Origin: Geosiphon pyriformis uo1
Taxonomy: Eukaryota > Fungi > Glomeromycota
Assembly (NCBI GenBank): GCA_016748015.1
Contig: JAAOMT010000664.1
Span: 1,363,892-1,427,891, forward strand
Length of the DNA stretch: 64,000 nucleotides
Reading direction: 5' to 3'
Position 1 is the first letter of the stretch. The number at the start of each line of letters is the position of its first letter. The translations under genes and the position numbers were made by a program. Shown here piece by piece: positions 39,780-54,700 of the stretch. The notes under the pieces were generated by a model. The model was given only the letters and a program-made list of their open reading frames with translations, did not search any database and was not told the origin of the DNA.

Positions 39780-42300
39780 AAAAGAAAATAAAGTTAATAT
39801 AATCTATAAAATTAATTCTGTTTTTCATCATACTTAAAATCAAATTTTTAATAAAAAATTTTTTTTAGCTTCAAGTTATTATATTTTAAACATACCAATA
39901 TTTTAAATATCTATAACCAGAAAATAATTATTAAATGGAAAACCAAGTTGCAATAGCAACAGCAGAATAAGCTTAAATATCCACTACAAAATTGAATTAA
40001 AAGAAATAAGTTAATCGATAAAAATTATTAATTGTTTTTACAGTTATCATATTCTTAATTCAAGGTTTCTTCAACAATTATATTTTTAAGGATCTTAAAA
40101 TTTTTTTAATACACATTCCAGAAATTAAGAATGAATTTAAGATGAACTTGTTTTGCTTTTAAAACCGATAATAATTATCTAAAATATATCAAATCAGATA
40201 ATACAACCAATTGCTAATCCATATTAACTTTAGTAAATATATAATTGTTGCTATTGTTTAAAATAAAAACTGGGTTGCTGTTTATAATTAAAAAAAACTA
40301 GACATAATAATTAGTATTAATAATACAAAACCAGGAAAACATTAAAAAAACAGAAAAAGCCAACGTCCTATTTTTTAAAGAATAAAAACCAGACTTTAAT
40401 ACAATAAAAGTGTTTTAGAAAACATCAAAATAAATTGATTTTCTGGTATCTTAAAAAGAAAAAAAGAAATTGTTTTCGGGCTATTTTGTTCTTTTTTGCT
40501 ATTTAAGCAGCAGTAAAAAGTTTTTTTATTATAATATTAAGTTGAATTTATAAGTTAAAATAAATATTATTATATTTTTAAAATTAATTGTTAACTTAAT
40601 TATTTACTCTATTTATTTAAATTTATAAAACAACTTTCAAAATAGTAAAACTCTTTTCATATTTAATGTTATATGTGAATATATATAACAAAAATAAAAA
40701 TAATTAATTTAATTAGTTTCAAAATTACAATTACTAATATTTTCAAAAAATCTAAAAATTAAGAAATAATTTGTGATTTTTAATAAAAGATAATATAATT
40801 TTTATAATTTTATGTTTCAGTTAATACTTTTATATTTAAATAACAAATAACAAATATTTTTAACAAATATTTATTTAATAAATTACAAAAGCAAGCTTTT
40901 TACTTTTAAAGCTAATTTTAATCATGAAAAAAAGATATTAATTTGATTTTTATCTGAAAATAAGAAAATGTTTTAAGTAGTTTTACTGTCAAATATCCGA
41001 TAAATTCAAATATTTCTTACAGCTTCAAAAGGTCTTTTTATATATAATTAATTAAAAAAACAACTAACCAAATCAACAGTTATGTTTTAATTAAATCAAT
41101 TACTAATTTAAAATATTAATACTTAATACATAATTAATTGATATAAAATCTTCCACCATAACAATTTTATTACAAACTAGAGTAATAAACTACCAAATAG
41201 CAAAAAAATTACATTAAAAAAACTTTAATAAATTTTTAAACAATTCAATTAATATAATTAATTTAAAATAACTTGAAGATAAAAAAATAATTTGTAATTA
41301 TTAGCAAAAAATAACAGAGGTCTTATAATTTTAAGTCCTATTAGCACTTTTAAAACTTAGTAACAGATTAATTGATTAATTATTGTTATTATTTCCAAAA
41401 ACTATATTAGTAATTATTTGCTGCAATTAATTTTGTTAGTTTGTTTTTAATTTCAATAATATTACAAGTATAATTTATTGTTTTTTATTTTTATTGTTAA
41501 GAATTTGATTAAAAAATTAAAGTTTTTGTTTGTTTTATAGAAAAATAATATTTAAGATAAAACATCAACAACAACAACAAAAACACAAAATAAAAATAGA
41601 AATCATGTTAAAGAAATATTTTAATTAAATAAATTAATTGTAAATAACTATATTATATATTTCATTAATTATAATTTTTTGCAATATTATGTTTAAAAAC
41701 AAAACAAAAATTTTTAATAAAACAATAAATGCGGTGTTTTGCTTAGCTGTATTTGTCACTTCAAAGTATAAAAATCCTATTTTTTGTATGAATATATAAT
41801 TTTCTTAACAACATAGTTATAAATTATTTTATAATGAATACTAAAAATTGACAGTAAAAGTTAAAATTTTATAATATAGCTTCAAATAAAATTCGGAATC
41901 AAACTAAAAAGCCATTTAAATTTAAAATTAATACCTAATTATTATTGTTTGCAAGCAAAACATTCAAAAAAAGTTTTGATTTATATATTAATATTCTTTA
42001 TATTTGTAACTGAAAATTTTCTGCATAAACTCAATTATATACTAGTTTTTTTATTATGAATATTGTTAACGATAGTTTTAAGTTTATATGAAATTAGTAT
42101 TACACATAATTTCTTGCAAAACCAAGGAAAGAATTTTCATGTTTGTTTTTAATTTAAAATTTCGCATCTTTTGATTTAATATTTATTTTCTTACAGTTTT
42201 AATTATATAAGCAAATAAAACATTTAAAAAGCTGTTTAAAATTTTGAAAATCTTTTTTTCATATTGCAATTGTTATATTACACAAATAGTCTTGTATACA
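39780..42300. mobile_element. AT-rich decayed transposon-like relic (possibly a LINE 5' part on the minus strand)
   Basis: Composition and strand skew mirror the 28116 LINE. No motif could be decoded with confidence. Confidence 0.3.
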
Positions 42301-43476
42301 CAGAATTCAAATATATGTGATAACATATTTGCACTTTTTTTTAATATAAAACTGTTTTTGTAATTTGTATATATTCTAATAATGGTCAAATACCATACCA
42401 ATAATATTACAAAAAAACTTATTTTAACGGCAAAAAACCTTGATAAGCATGTTATGATTAACAAAATATATACAAACAAAATATGTAATGGTCGGAAGTG
42501 GATATATCCAAAATTCAGAGTGAAAAATGCTTCAATATAAAAAATGCAAATTAATAATAGACGAAATACTAATAATACTTGAAAAAAAAATTTCAGATTT
42601 TGTTGAATGGGGCTATTCTTAATCAAAATAGAAATTTTTTATTCATATATAAATAATATATTTGAAGAATAATTTTTTTTTAAAAAGTTTGCCTTTAGCT
42701 AATTTGCATTTTGTAAGAGTTTTATTAAGATATTTTTTAAAACCATTTTTAATTTTCAACCGAGAAAATAATTGAAAAATGTGCCATTGTTATTTTTTAG
42801 AATTTAATCTTTTTAATTTAATTCGTAGTTTATTATAATTATTATAAAAACAATAAAATCAAACATGTATTATAGTTTAAAATGAAAATTTATTAATTTG
42901 AAAGGTAGCAATTTTCTAATTTAACATAACTAAAGAAAAAATATTATTTCAAAATTCTTATAAATAAAATTTATTGCAAATTTGTAAATATAACAAAGAT
43001 TTTATTGATCAATATTCAAAATACATGTTTTTTTAAAAAAAAATACAAAATAAGTTAAAAATATTTTTGGCATGATAATTTTTATTTTATAAAAAAGTTT
43101 AAAATAACTAAAATAGTCTTTGCACTAAATATTTTATTTGAAAATTTGATGCAATAATTTTCATTAAAATAAAATCTATTGGATTGAATTACAATAGTAC
43201 ATGTATCTTCAAAAACCCTTTTTATTTCTTTTTCTTTAAAGTTTTATAAATATTTGCTTGGGAAAATATTGAATTTTGATGATTGAAATGTATATTATAC
43301 ATGATTGATTGCTTTAGTGAAATATTGATTTTTTTTACATGTTACCCTTAGAAAATAAAGATTCCAAGCCCCGTAATTTGCTGACCATGATATTGGCAAT
43401 TTGAGGATTTAATATACTTCTGTAGCGATATTTAATAATCCCAGAATAAATACCTCCTATCCATTTATGCATCTAT

Positions 43477-44681
43477 TTACACATCGTGGAATACGACAAA
43501 CCTTCCCACATTGCGATTAATAAAATCGGTCATTTCTGGTGCAATAGATTCGCATTCAATAACTTGAAATTCCTCCATCTTTCCAAAATTCGCATCCAAA
43601 ACCGGTTCAAGAGCTGTCAATGTTAGATTCTTGCATTGAAGAAATGCCAATGATTCCAAGTTCCGACATTGAGCTATTATTGTCATAGGGGGACAATCCT
43701 TGAAATCAACATGTGAAAAGGTGAGATGAGTGACATTTTCAGACTTATTTAGAAGGCCATCGATAATAGTATTAATGTTGCCACGAAAATTCCGAAGTGA
43801 TAGACGTGAAATACGTTTAAGCTGAGCGATTGATGTGCCCAGGTATTCATGATTGTCAGCTCTAGCTAGGAAAAACCATAATTCTGGAAGGATTTCCAAG
43901 CTTTTCTAGATGAATTTTGTATTGAGAGATGAAATTATTTTAGTTTTGAAGTGGAACCTGAATCATAAAATTTGTATGAGAAATAAAATAAATTTTATCC
44001 ACTTACCAAGCATAAATCACTGGTAGGCAATATATCAAACAAAACAGGCCTTTTTAAAAAAGGTGAACAATCCAATCGACACCAATTAACTCCACTAAAG
44101 AACTCTCGAAATTCTGGATTCTCAGCCAAAAAATTACAAAACCCTCCATTCGTATGTGACGTATAATCGCCGCTTAATTGCGTTATTTTTGCACCACGAG
44201 CCATCATCGCCATTAACACAGCTTTGAAAACATTCGACATTGGTTGTGAAAAATCAGGGTCATTATCTCTACACCATCTAGTGATAATTCGATGCATTTT
44301 GGTATAATCCAAATGTCGAACAAAATGAGGATAATCAAAAGTCAACGAAGCAGAATTTCTTGGGCGTTGAACAACTTTCGTCCAGAAACTTCGGCCCCAA
44401 AATTCACGTGGTAAAAGGAGACGACGTTCACTATCACTCAAGAAAGCGAGAAAGATTGTGATGACTTTGTGATGACGATGACAAATCGCTGCAAATGGAC
44501 GCTCCCATAAAATTGGCGCAGTAACTTTGCACCATTGTTTGCAAACTAACACACAATTGTAAAGGTTTTTTGTGTGAAATTGGGAATTGGAAGTTGGTGA
44601 GAGATGATTTATAATTTTTTGAAGAATCTCGGGTGGAAGAGCTTCTACCGTTCCTATTGTAGTGCCAATCAATTCAGCCAT
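43477..44681 (-). CDS. F-box protein with C-terminal LRR/RNI-like repeats
   Basis: Exons are 44681-44007 and 43905-43477 (GTAAGT..CTAG, phase 0). F-box: LPPEILQKIINHL..LYNCVLVCKQWCKVTAPILW. FDYPHFVRHL and LxxLxL repeats (LKRISRLSL, CRNLESLAF) follow. Confidence 0.88.
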
Positions 44682-47600
44682 TACTTTTTGACGTAATGAC
44701 CTGACCTATGGTAAGAAAAAATTGAAAAAATACGAAATATTATTTTGGCATTAGTAAAATAAAATTTCGAATATTTTCATATTGGAAAATATCTGCAAAA
44801 AAAAGAATTCGTTGTCAGGTTTATGTATTTTCCCACACAGCCCAAAGATTTGCACTTATATAGTGACACCAAATCTTGGGTTTTGATAAGTTTGATGATT
44901 GTAAACAATAATTAGCCAACAATGACATAACACTTTGGATTGATAGGATAACCTTTTTTAGGCTAAGAAAATAGACACTTCATTTGGTCTTAAGCAATAT
45001 AAATGTCTTTTTTTTAAAAAAATATTTGAATTTGATGCATAAAACTTTCAACCACTTTAATATGGAGAATTCAATTTCAGACTCAAAATTTTGAAAATGT
45101 CATAAAACAATAGGAAGAGTTTTAATATATTCAATTATTAAATGAAGAAAAATTCTTATTTATTATTGAATCTTTTAATTAAATTACTGCATATATCTTA
45201 TTCATTATTCTTATTACCATTATTATTTTTGTAAAATATTACAAAATACCCAAAAGTTTTATTTTTATGAATGGAGAATTTATTTATAAAAAGAATAATA
45301 AAATTAAAATATTTAAATATTGAGATCAATTACTTTTTATGTTTGATAAAAGAATCAATTTTTTAGGATCTAATTATTTTCATAATAATTAATTTATTTA
45401 AAAATATTAATAAACTTATCATTTCTATCTTATCAGTCTAAAGTAAAAATATTATTGAAATTTTCATCAGTATAATTCTATTAATATTATTAAATAAGTA
45501 AAAGATTAATTTTACAACATAAAAACTCAAATTAAATAACATTAAAAGCTTATTTAGTTTCATATTTCAGAGTATTTACAATTATTTTACTAACTAGAAA
45601 GTTTATTTTTTGAAAATTATATCCAAATATTTAAATTACAAAAAGTTAAAATTTAATTTTTTAAATAATAAAAAGATTTATAATAATTATTTTTTTTAGA
45701 TTAATAATTAATATATTGTTATTTAAATTAATCATCACATTTACTTGAATTAAATTATGTTTAAATTAATTCAAAAACAATAAAACCAATTTTTAATAAA
45801 ATATAACTAATTAAACAAAAAATATAAAATAATATCATTTTTTAAAGAATTTCAAAGAATAATTAACTTGTAAAGTAAAATAAAAAACGATAATATTGTA
45901 AAAAATTCCAAAGCTTTTGTTTAAATATATATTTGTCACTTGACAGACTTAATGAAAATTACAAAAATTTAATAAGATTCAATTAACAATAATTTCAGAT
46001 TTTTTTTGTTAAAATACTTATAGCCAAGGATAACAAAAGATTTTTGATGATTTAAATATCAATTGAATTAAAAAGTAAATATTTTTGAAAAGTCTTTTAA
46101 TTGGCTTAAATAGTATTAAAACAAAGTAATTGATTAATTAAAGTTTTATTTTATATTTTTTTGAAACACTTGAATGATTTATTTTGTACATATTTAAATA
46201 TATTTTAGAATTATATTTTTATCTCAATAAATAAGGCTTACTTTTGGCTTTTAAATTGTTGTATAATTTATTAATTGAAAAATTAAAAATCTCTTATAGA
46301 CAAAATATATTGGATGAAAAGATAGTAATTTGATATTAAGCAGTTTTTTAATTTTAATTCTTAGGCTTTTGTTGAATTATATAATTTTATAAATTTTAAA
46401 ATGTTCTTAAGCTTATTTAAAATGAAAAGAATTCAAAGATTGACCGAGAAAATTGAATGATTAAAAGTTCCGAAGAAAAGAAAAAATTCAAATTCAATGA
46501 AAAAAAGGTAGAATTTAATGTTGAATCTAAATAAACTAATCCATAGATTGTAGTGGCTAATTTTGCAAAACCAATTCATCACATTAACTTAAGCATCTAC
46601 GTTAAATTCGTTGATATTGAAAAAAAGTTTAATTTTTATTGGGTTTGTTATAAATGTGATAAAATAAAGCCCGAGAAAAAATAGCTTAATTATAACTTTA
46701 AATAGGATTAGGTTTTAATTTTTTTGATTCTTATCAGCTAATTGCTTTGCCAAAAATGTTGAATTAAATCAATAATTAAAAATTGTCTTTTTAAAGTTTC
46801 AAGAATTAAACACGAAAATTTAACTACTATTTTTACATAGTATAGATTTTAAAGTTTGAACATTTTAAAATTTTGGGTTTGGCCTAAAATTAAAATCAAA
46901 TGTTGTTTAAGAAACTTAAATAAGTATCAAGAAAAAAATTGTTTTTGAATACGGCAAAGAAAGTTTACATATATCGATTGTGAAATCCCAAATTGGCAAA
47001 TTATTTTTTTAATTCAAAAACAAACAAACAAACTAAAAATATAAAAATATAAAAATATAAAAATCTTTGAATTTATTTTTATCAAGGTTTTTTGAGTATT
47101 AAAAAGAGCTATCTGATTTTTGATACATGAAACTCTTTTATTCTTTTTAAATTATTTATTTTTTAAAAAAAATTAAAAGCTTAATTTGAAATAAAATAAT
47201 AGCTTTTAATGTATATATTTTCATTAACATATTATCTAGCACCCATAATTCAAAGCCAGATTCGCTTTTGGAAATATTTTTGTTAAGCGAATAATAATCA
47301 GTTTTTAATATTTAAATAATTCTTAATATTAATTAATTTGAAATGATGCCAAACGTGATTAGAATAAAGGAAAATAATCATTCATTCTTCAATCTCGATT
47401 AAAGTTTATTAAATATCTCATATCTGACAGTTTTATTTTGTTCACATGTCAAATCTAAAGTCACAGATTTTCTCGCTGCAAACAATGCATGCATCATGAT
47501 AAATGCATACATCATGTTAGTGGCTGATTTTTATTATTTTACCAAATATGCATCTGAAGGGCCTGGGAGTATCCCGAATGCTTTTTGTGGTTTCGAAACC

Positions 47601-47914
47601 AGTTACCGCTTCAAACATGTCCGACTGCAAATTACTTTCTTAAAAATGTATGTATGCTATCTTTGATAAGAATTAATAAATTGAATAAAATTCGAAAGAC
47701 ATAGAGCTTCCTAAAAAGTAATTCAAACACAGGCTACCAACTCATAATTCTTTAGAGTAATTCAGGAAATATTTCGAATTGCAGCAAAATAATAATTTAG
47801 CTACCAATAATGCGATGTTATTGTTACACTAAATAAACAAAGTTCCTTTAAAAACTGAGCAATACAAAATTAGCAAAAGCAATTAATACAATTAAACTTA
47901 TATTTTCGGTTGGC

Positions 47915-48015
47915 TTCACAATGAATGTCCTTATGCACAAATGTCCTATAATTATTCAATCCCGAAGACCTTTTGGGAATATTTTACATGTTGATAGAAA
48001 ATTCTACCATTTCTT
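47915..48015 (-). pseudogene. Possible kinase catalytic-loop remnant
   Basis: The minus strand has KGLRD..FVHKDIHC (cf. IHRDLH). It is short and frameshifted. Confidence 0.3.
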
Positions 48016-48603
48016 TGTAAACTTTAAAAAGTGAAACAGCCTATAATTCCTTTGGCTTTATATTTCGCTCAAATCTTGAAGTTGTGTGTAATTTTTCAAG
48101 TTCAAAACCTGAAATTTAAACTTCTATTTTACTCATTAAAGATGTAACTTTTTTATGCTATATTCTTTGAAAAACTAAAGGTATTTAATTATTATTATTA
48201 TTATTATTATTATTGATGTATTGGAACGTTTCAATATTTCTCTAATTAAACTTTCAGGGCATTAATTTAGAACAGTGTTGTAATACAAATATAATACATT
48301 CAGTACAATTTGTGGTTTTAGCCCGAAACCACGGGAATAAATCTTATTCGCAGTAATAGCATAACACTAATCTGTTTTTTAATACAATTATAAATTCAAC
48401 TACTTTCCTCTTATCATATTTCCCTCAAGCAGCACCAATCATTAGAACTTCTCAAAGCAATCGTACTCGAGCATCAATGAGTGAGTGTATGAACACGGGC
48501 TAATTCTGTGCTTGATTAAAAATGCAATAAAAACCTCTATAAAATGAAGACTCACAAATTTTTTATTTTGGACATTCAAAAAAACAAAATTAATTTTTGA
48601 AAG

Positions 48604-48668
48604 ATGAATGAAGAAAATTTAATTTTATCTTTGATTAATCGGATTATAGAAAGGGTGATTATTTTTCC

Positions 48669-48712
<44 letters not shown>

Positions 48713-51700
48713 TTCTTCTTCTTCTTCTTTCAAGTTTCCTTTTGCTCGCACCCTGTATAAAGTTGGTCAATATATTGAATTAATTCCTTCTCATGATTTT
48801 CCTTTTCAATTTCTCAGTTACCATGCAACAGCGGTAAAAAATTAGAAACATTAGAGACCGATCCGCTGGTGCAACAAACAGTAAATGCAATCGTTGATCT
48901 TTCGCGTTTAAAGTTCACCATAATTGTAAATCATTTAACGCAATTACTGGAATCTATATCAGAGGTTAGAGTTAAATTTACGGACCAAACTACTGGGAAA
49001 AAAAGGGTTAGCTTCAAACTTGACAGATAAAAGTTCTTTGTAAATAATTCATTTATTTGGTTTATTTAATTTTGAATCGTAGAAATTTGAAATAAAATTC
49101 TTTATTCCATCCTTTTGTTTCTTGAAATTGCTGATTTTATTTAAATTCTAAAAATGTTGATGTTGAAAAATATTTCTGAAATTTTTTTCATTAGAAAAAG
49201 AGTTTTAGAAAAACACTACATTCCTCCTCAACGGTTTTTCAAGATCCCCTTCCTTTTGACGTCCTACATTCTCAGTTGTTCATTTTAAAACTACTGTGCG
49301 ATTGCATGAACTACCATTGGAAACTTTATCGTGGCTCACAAAAAGAAATACTGGAATGTTCATCGTCGATAACGAAAATCACCAATGAGATTAGAAAGCA
49401 GACTGTTGATGACTCTTCGTCAATAACTCTCGAGAACATCAATGATGATAATGTATCAAATGATAATAAATCAAATCCTAGTATTCACACAACCTCATCA
49501 ACTATTAATCAAATTAAGAACAATTCCAGTCATAAAAACATTCTTACTTCTGATTCATCTTCAAATAAGAAAAATCAAAAAACCCTTCCAAGTAATATGA
49601 TCAATTATAAAAATAATGTTGATATTAAGGATGGTAACAGTCAACAACCAAAAAGATTTTCATTTAAATTTTCAGAATCATGGGATGATCCACCACAGTT
49701 AGACGATTTTCTTGCAAAATATATTTTGAGCGTATTATCACGACTTCTTCATCAGATGGAAAGTCAAAAAAATAATTTACTAAATAATCAACCTACTCCA
49801 GGGACTAGTGCAGCAGGAGTTGTTGGAAATAATGGAAATGTCGCGCCTCATTCTTCCGCTGTTCATGATGCCATTTGTGAAATTTTCAAAAATGCTGGTC
49901 ATGTGATTTTTTATTTAAGTTCCTCCAATTGGGCTGTGGTATTTTCAAGGATTAAGACTAGAATTGACCATTTGAAAAGTAGGAAAGATGAATGGCCTGA
50001 AACTACCGAATTGAAATTATTGAAATATTCTAATTTTAATTCAAACCGATTATCGATGATACTTCATGGTATGAAAAATTTAGAAATATTTATTCAATGA
50101 ATTTTATCTAAATCGGTTTTATCTTTAAAACATAATTGTACTATTGAATTTTTATAGAGCTAAGTAGCTCTTTTACCCATTTGAAGAGATCGGTACAAGA
50201 TGTCATAGCAGATGTATTAAAAAAAGCCATTTGGAATTGGATTGAAGTGTTCCCAGCAGAGTTTGTCGCACTTTATCAATCACAAAAACGAATGAAAGGA
50301 GGTCCAGATATTTTATTCAGTTCCTGTGATACTATCACCGATAACGTTCGACGAAGGACTGTTTTCTGGCCATTACAGACGATGTTATTGATTCTTTGCC
50401 CTGATATGTTATCGGGCGCTTTTTCAGATACAAGGATGATTTCAAGAGAGGTATGTTTTCAATATGGATCAATAAAATTCATTAGAGATCATTTTCATTA
50501 GAGCTATTTAAGAAAAATTTATTGCCTCTGATAATTCCGATTTTAGGCATTGTTTCTGGACTCTTTAAAAAAATCTCTAAGAAATACTCGATGGGTTAAT
50601 GTTGCTGCAATATGTTATATTGACATTTGTAAAGCGTCAACATATCTATCGAAAAATGAGTCGTCTGCATTACGATTCATTGTTCCTGAGATTGAGAATG
50701 AACTAAAAGTAAGGAATGACTTGAGTTTCTATAAAAAGAGTAAACAAATGCTAAATTATTTAATCTATTTCAATTTCAATTTATCTTGTATATAGGAAAA
50801 GTTATTTGATCCAAATAAAACTTTTGATCTACATCCGAATCCACGTCTGATGAGTGACTGCTTAACAGCTTTATTTCGTCTAAATCACAGAAATGTTTTG
50901 CATTCCTTGTTTCCCGTATGTCTGCAAGAGAATGCACCCAATGCTTTCAAATTGGCATTAGTCAAGAGTTGCTTTACAATTGTTTCCGAGGTTTTTACTA
51001 AATTTCTTCAAACTGTTTGATCTATTCCTTATCAAATATGATGCTTATCGGTTGAAGCCAATTTCTTTTTAACTTAAGTTTTTCTCAAATTTTATTAGGA
51101 ACATCAATTGTCCTGGAATCCCACCATCAGCTTAATGTACTCTATTCTAGCGTCACCGCTACGAAAATTGTTTCAAGATCATATCGTTAACCGCGATCCT
51201 CACATAGAACCTAGGAGAAAACTTGGAGCAAAAGTTCAGCGAGAAGAGGGAAACGAGAAAGGAGAAATTATCTTGAATATTTTAAAATTATTTAAATTCG
51301 ATCCCACGCTGGCAATAATAGTATGTAATTTCCAAAAAATTCCAAAAATTATGATTTTTCAAAAATTAAAATTTCTGAAACGATTTTATTTTACTTTTTA
51401 ATTAAATAGAGTGATTCATCTGATCAATCAGATAGCAATAAAATGATAATTCATAGAATTACCTTATGTCTCAATGACTTTAATCCAAATATTCGAACAA
51501 CTGCCGCTGAAACATTGTTAGAATTCCATGATATTAAACATATCGAAAAATGGGGGCCTGTCGAAAATAAAATGTATAACTTTTGGTGTATCAGGTAATT
51601 AATCGTCTCATCATATTACTTTAATCTCTAAATAGATAGGATTATTAGATACTCCTAATTACTATTTACTGTTAATTTTAAAGTTCTCAAGTCATATTGG

Positions 51701-54700
51701 CTGTAGCCAGGCAAATTTCCGATTCGAAGGAACGTGAAGAGGGTGCGAAATATATGTTGCAACTATTACTCCAATTACTGATTCGACGAAATGATTTTCT
51801 CGCAGCAAATCAGGTTAACTTTTTCGTAGTTTCAAAACAAAAAATATCGTTTTACTCATCAACAAATCCTAAAATAAAATCATAGGAAAGTGCTACACTT
51901 GGTATAAATGTTCCTGAGCGCCTTACATCCAATGTTGTATTAGAAATAGCTCTATTATTATTACTGTGTTCTGCCGACATCGAAACATATTCTACAGCGG
52001 TTACGTGCTTTGGACATTTATGTACTGAAGCGCAATTAACCGAAGATATGGATGAAACACCACCATCACAGTTAACAATCGTCGAAAATATGAATGTTTA
52101 TTTGAAACTATCATCAGCTACTTACATGGTCACTGGTAAGGATCAGATATTATAAAATGATCCTTCACTTGATAGTTTGCTTGATTTTTTAAATATCTTT
52201 GTCAATAAACTAGATCAAATGGCCCAGCAAAAAAGAACCCGAAAATTATTACGCTTGATGAACAAACCAACCCCCGGTAATCTTGCCGCATGGGAGGAAG
52301 CGTGGAAACGTTGGAAACTGTTGACATCTATGATAATTAGACCTACAGATGATAGTACTTCTGATGAAACCAGAAAACGCGGAATCATCTCAACATTATC
52401 AAGAATAAATTCTTCAAACGTGGCACATATTACAGAGGTGATGATTTGGAAATTTATATTCAAATTCAAAGATATTTTAAATTAACTTCACAAAAAATTT
52501 TTCTTGAAATAAAGGCACAAATAACAGAATGGCATAATTATACTGGTTTTCTTTCGGCATTGGGTGGTTGTTGTGTACGCGATAATCAAAAATCTCCAAG
52601 TGGGACAAACAGTGATCGAAATCCTTCAACTGTGCATCACAACTCGAATTATCATGCAATGGTCGAAACATTTATTTCAGAAATGGTACACCTACTAGTA
52701 TGTGATTCTATGTACGTTCGAGATATTGTCAAAGAAACCCTTGGTGCTGATATGAGTCCAAGACTATATGTTATCCTATTTAGTTGTCTGGAATCAATCG
52801 TGGGTCGTTTCTTTGATGCTGATGGAGTGGCTACTTGTACTGAACGTTATACTTTATTCGTTGAGCAAGCAATATCGGTGTTGAAATTGATTCTGGATCG
52901 TATTCAAGACGCATCTGAAAATTTACACACAGTTAATTTCGGTGGATTGGTTCTCTCTTTTGCACGTTATTTATTTCGACTTGGTACTGGTTACGATGCA
53001 CATCGAATCAAAATAGAAATGTGTGTACTTGCAGAAACCTTGATGCTAAAAAAAGATTATTTAACACTTCGCCAGGAGATAATATTACGTAATAATCTCT
53101 CAGAGATTATTCTCGAATGGACATCGGATTTCACTTTGGTATAATTTGAACTATCTGATTGAATACAATTTCTGGCCCATGATTTCATGAAATTATTAAC
53201 CTAATTCGTTTCATTTGATTTTTAGGAAAATGACACTCAAAGTGGCAGTGAAAATACTCTTAATAAAAATGAATGCATGCATCGAGATTTAGATCAAGCT
53301 TGCTTGAAAACCCTCGTCGCTTTGTTGCGCCAATTACCTCTTCAACCATCAGATCCAGTGCACGAACCGGATTTAAGCTTAGCGAAATCGCGTCTTTTTT
53401 TGAAATATATTGCATTTTTTATTGGACTTTTGAACAGATTTCATATCTTGAAGGTAAATTTCACTTTTCGTATCATGCCCTTATTTTTAAACCCATCTGG
53501 CTTTCATAAATTTAAATTCCAATCAATTAAAATAGTCAAAAGAATACGTTAAAGGTCTTGGGCCCTTGAAATATTATACAATTCAAGCTCTTTCGAATAT
53601 GCTCAGTGCTAATATCGATTCTGGACTCAGATATTCCCTTTCTATGGGCTACCATGAGGATACACAAACTAGGACAGCGTTTATGCAAGTACTGACAAAT
53701 ATTCTTAAACAAGGGACTGAATTTGAAGATCTGGCTGAAGATGTCATACATGATCGCTATGATAAACTTGTCGAGGTGTGTGTATATATAAGATTTGTTG
53801 TTATAATTATTCTCTCAATTGATTTGATCTAAAATTCGTAGAATAACGTGGTTACTTTGATTTATTCTTCTTTCCTTTAGCTTATTACCGATTCGGATCT
53901 AAATATTGTAATATCTTTATGTGAAGTTTGTCCCGTTTCAGATATTGATGAAGTAACTCAAGTCTTATTGACTGTCTTTGAGTCACGGAATCGGACGATG
54001 CCTCTTTTGAAAGCTTTTATTGAAAAAGAAGTTATCAATACTGGTATATATCTTGAAAGTTAATGTTATGAAATCAATTATTAGCCTAGCTTTAATTTAA
54101 TTGATATATGATTTTCAGATCATCAAATGGAGTTATTCCGAAGGAATTCCATGACAACAAAATTTTTAACGGCGTTTGGTAAATTATATGGTGATAATTA
54201 TTTAAGGGAGACTCTACGGCCTTTATTACAAAACTTTCTAAAAATGTCCAATGAATTGAATTTTGAACTCGACAAAAAAAGAATTCATAAGGCAGAAAAT
54301 GTTCAAAATAATCTTTCACATGTTCATCAAATGGCGCAAACTTTCTTGGATGAGATTTGTGCGTCTGCCGACAATCTACCAAGGTAATTTTTATTAATTT
54401 TGAAATAAAAGGTTGGCCTTTCAATTATTCTTAATTTTACTTCATGAAATATCTCAAAAAAGATCATTTCGAGAGGTTTGTTATTATATTGCTACTGCGG
54501 TTGGCGAAAAATTTCCGGATGCCAAATATACAGCTGTTGGCGCTTTTATTTTCCTTCGATTCTTGTGCCCGGTGATTGTCGCCCCAGATTTGAAATTGAT
54601 AAATCCTCCCCCAAGTAAAGAAGCTCGACGCGGTCTCCTCTTAATCACCAAAATTATTACCAATTTAGCTAATAACGTGTTATTTGACGCCGAAGAACCT

